A DNA stretch of 34,131 bases, taken from IMG/VR virus record IMGVR_UViG_3300032331_000926, positions 1-34,131 of that record. One strand, given 5' to 3'. A model generated the notes under the pieces. That model searched no databases and was not told the origin of the DNA. It saw only the letters and a list, made by a program, of their open reading frames with translations. Of this stretch, positions 7,264-12,474 are shown one piece after another (the first letter of the stretch is position 1; every line of letters starts with the position of its first letter). Source of the DNA: a virus. A program made the position numbers and the translations under genes.

Positions 7264-7308
7264 ATGCCCATGCCCGTTCCATGCCATGCCAGCGCAGGAT
7301 GCCATGCC
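7264..7308. repeat. Three ATGCC-ATGCC doublets (six pentamers) at 17/18-bp spacing
   Basis: ATGCCcATGCC at 7264-7274, ATGCCATGCC at 7281-7290, ATGCCATGCC at 7299-7308. The minus strand reads GGCATGGCAT. Lies in the divergent intergenic region. Confidence 0.7.
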
Positions 7309-7394
7309 AATCGGTTAACGGTACAGCCCATGCTGCCCCTTTTATAATTCCCCGTGAGCGAGCAGGGACAATCTATCTGCCCCCTATCCGATTC

Positions 7395-7422
7395 TTGCTG
7401 GTAGCATATGAATACATAGAAT
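7395..7422 (+). promoter_or_regulatory. Candidate sigma70 promoter (TTGCTG-N16-TAGAAT)
   Basis: TTGCTG at 7395-7400, a 16-nt spacer, TAGAAT at 7417-7422. It points toward the early arm, about 265 nt upstream of the first ATG. Confidence 0.3.
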
Positions 7423-7438
7423 CACACTATACCTATAT

Positions 7439-7466
7439 ACATATATATATGATCATATCCATATGT
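7439..7466. promoter_or_regulatory. 28-bp AT-rich imperfect palindrome centred on GATC
   Basis: acatatatatatGATCatatccatatgt: 12 of 14 arm positions are complementary, and the inner 12 bp ATATGATCATAT (7447-7458) are perfect. Confidence 0.6.
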
Positions 7467-7483
7467 ATGCCTTTAGGTTAGTG

Positions 7484-7593
7484 AGCGCTTACATACAATC
7501 ATTCAAGCTGGAACAGTTTGCACAATAATTGAGCACTTAACAATTTTCTTCATTAACTTAATAAATATCTTATGCCATATAATCAAGCACTTA
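7484..7593 (+). repeat. Three AGCRCTTA boxes, 48 and 54 bp apart
   Basis: AGCGCTTAca at 7484-7491, AGCACTTAac at 7532-7539, AGCACTTAca at 7586-7593. Each is preceded by an A/T-rich hexamer (GTTAGT, AATAAT, TATAAT). A fourth copy, AGCACTTAct, lies at 554-561. Confidence 0.6.
7578..7593 (+). promoter_or_regulatory. Perfect TATAAT followed by AGCACTTA box (candidate early promoter -10/start region)
   Basis: TATAAT at 7578-7583. No good -35 hexamer (AACTTA at 17-nt spacing), but the upstream sequence is very AT-rich. About 100 nt upstream of the first early gene. Confidence 0.3.
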
Positions 7594-7687
7594 CAGCATC
7601 TAATCTTAACTGCTACTTTTCTGGCACGATTTTCTCACATAGTACTATGTAAGGCGCAGTAAATGTATAACGAACATATCGGAGAAA

Positions 7688-7900
7688 ATGATGCAGACAC
7701 TAATTGATGCAGTTAAGACCTACGCTGACGAACACTATGGGCAAGACGGCTGGGATATCGTTTCTGAGTGCTACAGCGATTCAGAGATAGCAGACCTAGT
7801 GCAGGGTAGCGCAACAGCTACGGATGCGATAGCGGCTGTTCTGACGCATATTAGGCCCATTGCTGAATACCGCGACGATATCCAGGCTGAAGCATACTAA
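7688..7900 (+). CDS. Highly acidic 70-aa early protein
   Basis: GGAG lies upstream of ATGATG. 14 Asp/Glu against 3 Lys/Arg. First gene of the rightward arm. The GWDIVSECYSDSEI segment resembles a widespread small phage protein of unknown function. Confidence 0.65.
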   Translation: MMQTLIDAVKTYADEHYGQDGWDIVSECYSDSEIADLVQGSATATDAIAAVLTHIRPIAEYRDDIQAEAY

Positions 7901-7939
7901 TAGCAACGCATTTATAACTTACTTATGAGGAATCAGATA

Positions 7940-8230
7940 ATGAAGAATGCAGCATTGCATCTGGTCAGATATTCCCTGGCACAAGGCCACGCCGTATCAG
8001 TGTGGGATCACGAGGACTGGCAGGTAAGTAAATCCACTAACTACCGTGAAATATCTGAGTCTATTAAATCAATGGAAGAGGCCAAGGTAGTCATATATTC
8101 AGTCCAGGGAGACAAGTTAGCCTGGGCACTGGTTTCCATGTACGGCTTGGAACCGGATGAAACAATAATGAATTGTTCAGAGAATGAATACATGAAGCGC
8201 TTTGATAACTACCTGGAATGGCAAGGCTGA
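7940..8230 (+). CDS. Hypothetical protein, 96 aa
   Basis: The start is moved to ATG 7940, which has GAGGA 8 nt upstream (the track start is 7925). No family recognised. Confidence 0.6.
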   Translation: MKNAALHLVRYSLAQGHAVSVWDHEDWQVSKSTNYREISESIKSMEEAKVVIYSVQGDKLAWALVSMYGLEPDETIMNCSENEYMKRFDNYLEWQG

Positions 8231-8240
8231 TAGTGCTACC

Positions 8241-8271
8241 TGCTAGCGTCTTACATGATAGGATGCTAGCG
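8241..8271 (+). other. Hairpin built on two GCTAGC palindromes
   Basis: tGCTAGCg (8241-8248) pairs with tGCTAGCg (8264-8271): 6 Watson-Crick (WC) pairs plus 2 G-U, with a 15-nt loop. It starts 10 nt after the upstream stop. No U-tract follows. Confidence 0.35.
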
Positions 8272-8288
8272 GATTATCATTGATAATC
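8272..8288. promoter_or_regulatory. Perfect 17-bp palindrome GATTATCAtTGATAATC
   Basis: Arms 8272-8279 and 8281-8288 are exact reverse complements. They contain inverted GATAAT hexamers. Lies 30 nt upstream of the GP88-like gene. Confidence 0.55.
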
Positions 8289-8317
8289 AATTTATACATT
8301 TATTGAGGATTACATAT

Positions 8318-8974
8318 ATGCGAGTTATCCCGATTATCCCGAAAGGTCAGGCCGCAGCGATTACCGGCGGACTCACGCAAACCAGCAAGATGCCATGTAA
8401 ATCCTACAGTCTGCCAACAATCGCCTGTCAGACTGGTTACCGCATGGCGCAGCTACCCGGCACGGTATGCTCATCATGCTATGCCAATAAGGGATTCTAT
8501 TCTATGTATCAGACAACAATCGAACCGGCGCAGGTAGCGCGCCTGGTCAGCCTGGAAGATCCCCTTTGGATCGATTCTATGGTTAACCTGATAGGCCAGG
8601 ATGCATACTTTCGCTGGCACGATAGTGGCGATATCCAAAGCCTGGCGCATCTTGAGCAAATCGCCGCGGTATGCAATGCCACGCCAGGCACTAAGCATTG
8701 GTTGCCAACCCGGGAATATGGCATCGTGAAAGACTATGTCGCAAAGCATGGCAAGATACCGTCTAACTTGGTTATCAGGCTCTCTGCCATGTATCCTGAC
8801 CAGCCGGTAAAGATACCTGCCAGCCTTCGCAATGTCGCTGGAATTGCCGCCAGCAATGTGCATACCGCTAAACCTATCGGTTCAGACTGTAACGCATCAA
8901 AACAAAACGGGGAATGCAGGTCTTGCCGTACTTGCTGGAGTCGCAGCAAAACAGTATCGTATGCAATGCATTAA
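8318..8974 (+). CDS. Cys-rich protein resembling the phage GP88 family (function unknown)
   Basis: ATG 8318 has GAGGA 8 nt upstream. Motifs MPCKSYSLP...C...VCSSCYANKGFY, FRWHDSGD, HWLPTRE and C-terminal CRSCRTCW match my memory of the GP88 domain. Two Cys clusters suggest a metal or Fe-S site. Confidence 0.45.
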   Translation: MRVIPIIPKGQAAAITGGLTQTSKMPCKSYSLPTIACQTGYRMAQLPGTVCSSCYANKGFYSMYQTTIEPAQVARLVSLEDPLWIDSMVNLIGQDAYFRWHDSGDIQSLAHLEQIAAVCNATPGTKHWLPTREYGIVKDYVAKHGKIPSNLVIRLSAMYPDQPVKIPASLRNVAGIAASNVHTAKPIGSDCNASKQNGECRSCRTCWSRSKTVSYAMH

Positions 8975-8983
8975 GGGGTGAAA

Positions 8984-9190
8984 ATGCAAAACTTAATTAA
9001 TGAACTATTCGATAATGATGCTATTCATCATATGCATATGATGAGAGATCGCCGGCAATTAATCGATGCCATTATCGATATTGAACAGGCGCTCGATAAC
9101 CCGGCGCATGGCGCGCATGGGACTGACTTGCACAGCGACATTAAATCGATTATTGATAACTTGAAAACACAATGGAAGGAAAATGCATAA
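8984..9190 (+). CDS. Hypothetical acidic protein, 68 aa
   Basis: ATG 8984 has AGGGG 6 nt upstream. TAATG overlap with the next gene. Confidence 0.55.
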   Translation: MQNLINELFDNDAIHHMHMMRDRRQLIDAIIDIEQALDNPAHGAHGTDLHSDIKSIIDNLKTQWKENA

Positions 9191-9474
9191 TGAAAACCTA
9201 TAAAGCACGAAACGGCAACACCCAATATAAACCTAGCCTGTCGTGGCTGCTAGCTGCTACTGAAAACAGCGAAGGATTCTGCCTGGCCTGTGGCAATGAC
9301 GGCCAGGCCGCCGAGCCTGATGCGCGCAAGTATAAGTGCGAGTCGTGCGGAAAGCATAAAGTTTACGGGGCAGAGGAACTCATGCTTATGAACCTGTATT
9401 ACAGCGACCAGGGCGAGCCTGATAATCGTACCAGCCACGATTACGGCGATCCTAGCACCCAGGTCGCACCCTAG
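9190..9474 (+). CDS. Zinc-ribbon protein, 94 aa
   Basis: CLACG...CESCG (CxxC-x17-CxxC). The start is taken at ATG 9190, overlapping the upstream TAA. Confidence 0.55.
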   Translation: MKTYKARNGNTQYKPSLSWLLAATENSEGFCLACGNDGQAAEPDARKYKCESCGKHKVYGAEELMLMNLYYSDQGEPDNRTSHDYGDPSTQVAP

Positions 9475-9560
9475 CAGTACTCTCTCCCTGCGCCTGCTAA
9501 CGCGGACGCATGGGGGGCGATTCTGCCCGATATATCATTATCTATTTACAGGGGATTATT

Positions 9561-9746
9561 ATGTTTACAGTGGCTTATCATTCCAGGACTGACAAGGACG
9601 GCTGGCAGGAAATCTGCCGTCACCCTATCGACTCGCCAGAGTGGACTACCCAGGATCGAGCATTCATTTCTGAGATGGTCAAACAAGGCCAGATGGTCTT
9701 AACCTGCGGCTGGTCAATGTGGAACATTGTAAAGGGGGACGCATGA
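9561..9746 (+). CDS. Hypothetical protein, 61 aa
   Basis: ATG 9561 has GGGG 7 nt upstream (the track start at 9510 lacks an SD). ATGA overlap with the next gene. Confidence 0.5.
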   Translation: MFTVAYHSRTDKDGWQEICRHPIDSPEWTTQDRAFISEMVKQGQMVLTCGWSMWNIVKGDA

Positions 9747-9934
9747 AACCAGTAGAATTTCCACTATATGGCAGCTTTGATGCTGCCCGATCCCATGGAT
9801 GCTTTGTGTGCCTCGCGCCCCTGCCGGATGCGCCTATCCGAGATTTTAATTTTCCACCAGGCCGCGGGCAGTGGGCTATGCACTGCAAACAGTGTGGATG
9901 CTGGACATTTTTTGATGTTCGGGAGGCCGCATGA
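9743..9934 (+). CDS. Zinc-ribbon protein, 63 aa
   Basis: ATG 9743 overlaps the upstream TGA, with a GGGGG SD. CFVC...CKQCGC motifs. Confidence 0.55.
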   Translation: MKPVEFPLYGSFDAARSHGCFVCLAPLPDAPIRDFNFPPGRGQWAMHCKQCGCWTFFDVREAA

Positions 9935-10053
9935 GTCCCTGGCGCAGACAGGCATCCGACCTGCTAGGCTGGTTCGCCCTGCTCGCCCTAGCTGCCCTGC
10001 TAGGCGTGGGCTGCTGGCTAGCCGTTGTCCTTTTATTTGTGTTGGGGGGTTGA
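9931..10053 (+). CDS. 40-aa single-pass membrane peptide (not in ORF track)
   Basis: ATGA overlap with the upstream gene, with GGAGG 4 nt upstream. MSPWRRQASDLLGWFALLALAALLGVGCWLAVVLLFVLGG: a basic N-terminus followed by about 28 hydrophobic residues. Confidence 0.55.
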   Translation: MSPWRRQASDLLGWFALLALAALLGVGCWLAVVLLFVLGG

Positions 10054-10113
10054 CAGCCCCATGCGCTTGTGTGTTAGCATCCGTCCTGTCCGTGAGAAAA
10101 AACGGGCTTCCCT

Positions 10114-10189
10114 GTGGTGGGGTGACAAGAGAACAGAACCCTTTGATCTGGGTTTCGGTTGTGTCGAGTTTCTCTTGCTCACCACCACC
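10114..10189 (+). promoter_or_regulatory. Helix A: long-range stem that encloses the 5' arm of the terminator stem
   Basis: 10121-10133 (ggtgacaagagaa) pairs with 10170-10183 (13 WC bp, one bulged C178). The helix extends by 10114-10118 with 10184-10188 (5 bp after a GG bulge). Confidence 0.4.
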
Positions 10190-10225
10190 GCGACCGGAAG
10201 CCCAGATCAGAGGGTTTTTTCTTTT
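10139..10225 (+). terminator. Helix B plus U-tract: intrinsic-terminator-like element ending the first early module
   Basis: 10139-10158 pairs with 10194-10214: 18 contiguous bp including two G-U pairs (T43-G210, T53-G200), then 2 more bp past a bulge. TTTTTTCTTTT follows. The G-U pairs form only in plus-sense RNA. The loop is an unusually large 35 nt. Confidence 0.55.
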
Positions 10226-10507
10226 GGGCTGCACCATGATGGGCAATGCAAGCAACAGCGTCATGCGTGGAGAGTGCTACTGGTGGCTAGGTCTGCAACA
10301 GCACACAAATGGGCGGCGAAGATAGCACCCATGACCGAAAGGCTGTCGGGTGTCGTGGCTCCGTCGGAGGACGATTCAAGGACGCATCGGCTAGGCTAGG
10401 TGCGTCCACCATCAGAGGACTGTGTAATACGTAATAGGTAATGTGATATGTGTTAGTAGTAGTAGCATCATGTAGTAGATTTATCTTTTCACTTATAGGA
10501 GATCATC

Positions 10508-10801
10508 ATGCAAGAAAAATATTGTGTTAACTGCGCTTTCTGCCAGATCGACATCAACGATACCAACTTGAGCACCTGCCACCGTAGCATCACGCCCAAG
10601 CGCAATCCCGTCACGGGCGAGGTTGTGAAAGTGTGGTGCAAGACCGAGCGTATGTATGACGCGGGTTGCGGTGTTGATGGACGGCACTATGTCGAGATGA
10701 ACACCAAGAAGCCCTCTGAGGCCAAGGAAGCATTTGACCGTATGTTCCATGGTGATGGTGACTGGGATGTATTCGGTCGCAGCCTGAAGCAGGGGAGCTA
10801 A
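10508..10801 (+). CDS. Cys-rich hypothetical protein, 97 aa
   Basis: AGGAG lies 6 nt upstream. YCVNCAFCQ...STCH gives the C-x-N-C-x14-C-H pattern. Confidence 0.6.
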   Translation: MQEKYCVNCAFCQIDINDTNLSTCHRSITPKRNPVTGEVVKVWCKTERMYDAGCGVDGRHYVEMNTKKPSEAKEAFDRMFHGDGDWDVFGRSLKQGS

Positions 10802-10803
10802 CC

Positions 10804-11697
10804 ATGGCTGACTTTTCACCACAGGCACGGAACTCTGCAATATGGAGTGGCGATGCACGGCAGATCGCTGCCGGACGCGCTGCCGATGTATGGCTGACCA
10901 AGACAGGCGCACAAGAAATAGAAGATATATCGGACATTGAAGCCGTGCAATGGGGGCTGAGGCTGCAAGAGCCAATCGCCAGAGCAGTAGGAGATCGCCT
11001 CAAGGTTCGCCTCAAAGAACTGGACATTGAAGGTACGCACCTGACCTTACCCTGGATGCGCTCGCACTTCGATTTTGTCAGCGATGACAACAAGACATTG
11101 TTCGAGATCAAGAATTACAACCTACACGCTAGATCGAAATTCGGTGACGATGGTTCGCAGGATGTCCCCGCGGCTGACATGGCGCAGTGCATCCACGAAG
11201 CTGCGGTGTTTGGTGTCCAGGTTGTGAATCTGTGCGTGTTGTTCGGTGGTCAGGAACTGTGCATCTATCCCATCAATGTCGATGATGCGATGAAGCAACT
11301 GATGATCGACCAGGAGGCTACCCTATGGGCGCATATCCAGACCCGGACACAGCCAGAGGCCACGCACCCGGATGACCTGCGCCGTCTGTTCCGCAAGGAT
11401 GATGGCAGCTACAAGGTGGCCTCGCAAGAGGTGCAAGCCGCCTGCATGAAGCTGAAAGAGATCAAGCAGACGATCAAGCGCCTCGAGGAGCAGGAGGAGA
11501 TTCTCACCGGCATGGTGCAGAACTACATGGGTGAGACATCATTGATTCAGACGGTGGATGGTCACACCCTCGCCACCTGGAAGAAGGCTTCAGATGGTGA
11601 GCGATTCGATACCAAGCGCCTGAAGGCAGAGATGCCTGGCTTGTACGATCAATACAAGGTGACGAGCCTGGGAAGCAGGAGGTTTCTTGTTAAATGA
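10804..11697 (+). CDS. YqaJ/lambda-Exo-type recombination exonuclease
   Basis: N-terminus SAIWSGDARQIAAGRAADVWLTKTG...WGLRLQEPIA, and PD-(D/E)xK core HFDFVSDD...LFEIKN, followed by QCIHEA. This is typical of the YqaJ viral recombinase family. It sits next to an annealing-protein gene. Confidence 0.82.
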   Translation: MADFSPQARNSAIWSGDARQIAAGRAADVWLTKTGAQEIEDISDIEAVQWGLRLQEPIARAVGDRLKVRLKELDIEGTHLTLPWMRSHFDFVSDDNKTLFEIKNYNLHARSKFGDDGSQDVPAADMAQCIHEAAVFGVQVVNLCVLFGGQELCIYPINVDDAMKQLMIDQEATLWAHIQTRTQPEATHPDDLRRLFRKDDGSYKVASQEVQAACMKLKEIKQTIKRLEEQEEILTGMVQNYMGETSLIQTVDGHTLATWKKASDGERFDTKRLKAEMPGLYDQYKVTSLGSRRFLVK

Positions 11698-11810
11698 CCT
11701 AGAGCAGGAAATCAAAGCCATCCTTCAGCACTATCCACTGACTGATCTGAAGATGGTGAACTATGTTGAATCTACTCAGACTTTATATCTAATCTATCGA
11801 AAGCAATCAA

Positions 11811-12221
11811 ATGCTAGTCAGACTACTTGAACCAGACCCGATCCTGCGCGATGACCCTGTTCGTCCGAGAATCAGTCCTAGTAAGCGCATCGACGGAATG
11901 AATCGAGCCGTGTTTGCATGGGTTGAAAATCGAAAGATATGCGCGATTGCTTGCGTGTCTTATCAACAACGAATACCTACAAGGGTAAAAGACCTGCTTG
12001 AATATCATCAATGGCCTACTAGAGCAATTCTTTACTCGGTGTGGTCTTACAAGAAGGGATCAGCAAGCAAACTGATTCAGCATTTTGTAAAACGAATGAA
12101 AGAGGAAAAGTTACGCATCATCACCATGTCTCCCAAGACTGACATGGCAAGGAACTTCCACTTGAAAAACGGTGCAAAGGTTCTGAAAACAAATCGCACA
12201 ACGGTGAACTATGAATACTAG
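11811..12221 (+). CDS. Hypothetical protein, 136 aa, weak GNAT-like C-terminus
   Basis: Preceded by a 113-nt gap and visibly AT-richer than its neighbours. ...MARNFHLKNGAKV resembles the GNAT A..FY.K.GF motif only loosely. Confidence 0.45.
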   Translation: MLVRLLEPDPILRDDPVRPRISPSKRIDGMNRAVFAWVENRKICAIACVSYQQRIPTRVKDLLEYHQWPTRAILYSVWSYKKGSASKLIQHFVKRMKEEKLRIITMSPKTDMARNFHLKNGAKVLKTNRTTVNYEY

Positions 12222-12229
12222 GGGAATTT

Positions 12230-12391
12230 ATGAATGAGATAGCAGATCGTTGCATCGAATATGCCAGGAAGGATGACTACCCTGTTACTGCCCAGCTATT
12301 GTGGTCAGCAGCAAGGGAAATCAACCGGCTGGAGCATGAAGTAGCAGAACTGACCCTAAGACTGCAAACCAGTTTGAAGGTCAAAAAATGA
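12230..12391 (+). CDS. Hypothetical 53-aa protein (not in ORF track)
   Basis: ATG 12230 has GGGGA 4 nt upstream (GGGGAatttATG). MNEIADRCIEYARKDDYPVTAQLLWSAAREINRLEHEVAELTLRLQTSLKVKK. It fills the gap exactly, and its stop overlaps the next ATG. Confidence 0.4.
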   Translation: MNEIADRCIEYARKDDYPVTAQLLWSAAREINRLEHEVAELTLRLQTSLKVKK

Positions 12392-12474
12392 GTAAGATAG
12401 ACCTTGCAATCTATGTAATGGCTGCAAGTAGCATCATTGATACAATCCTTTCACTTATGGAGAAATTCAAATGA
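12388..12474 (+). CDS. Possible 28-aa hydrophobic peptide
   Basis: MSKIDLAIYVMAASSIIDTILSLMEKFK. ATGA overlaps at both ends (with 12230..12391 and with the annealing-protein gene). Could be fortuitous. Confidence 0.25.
   Translation: MSKIDLAIYVMAASSIIDTILSLMEKFK

Noticed and set aside
7264-7308. ATGCC repeat array as a CRISPR array or minisatellite
   Set aside because: The units are 5-10 bp with 7-8-bp spacers, far too short for CRISPR, and there are no cas genes. A regulator or iteron site is the better reading.
7257-7481. 74-aa plus-strand ORF in the divergent control region
   Set aside because: It has no SD. Its sequence is an artefact of the ATGCC repeats (MPCQ...MPCQ) and of the AT-rich palindrome, and it points into promoter-like sequence.
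8272-8288. Calling the 17-bp palindrome a bona fide Fur box
   Set aside because: The half-sites are in the reverse relative order compared with the 7-1-7 Fur consensus, and an AT-rich palindrome of this size can occur by chance. It is kept only as a hypothesis.
9764-10399. Three long overlapping ORFs (166 aa minus strand; 185 aa and 124 aa plus strand) covering the 10054-10507 gap
   Set aside because: They overlap one another in different frames and strands, and none has an SD. Two of them also run through the well-supported small genes 9743..10053. The region is dominated by long inverted repeats with G-U-compatible mismatches. Coding by 10061..10399 is not formally excluded and is named as the refutation test.
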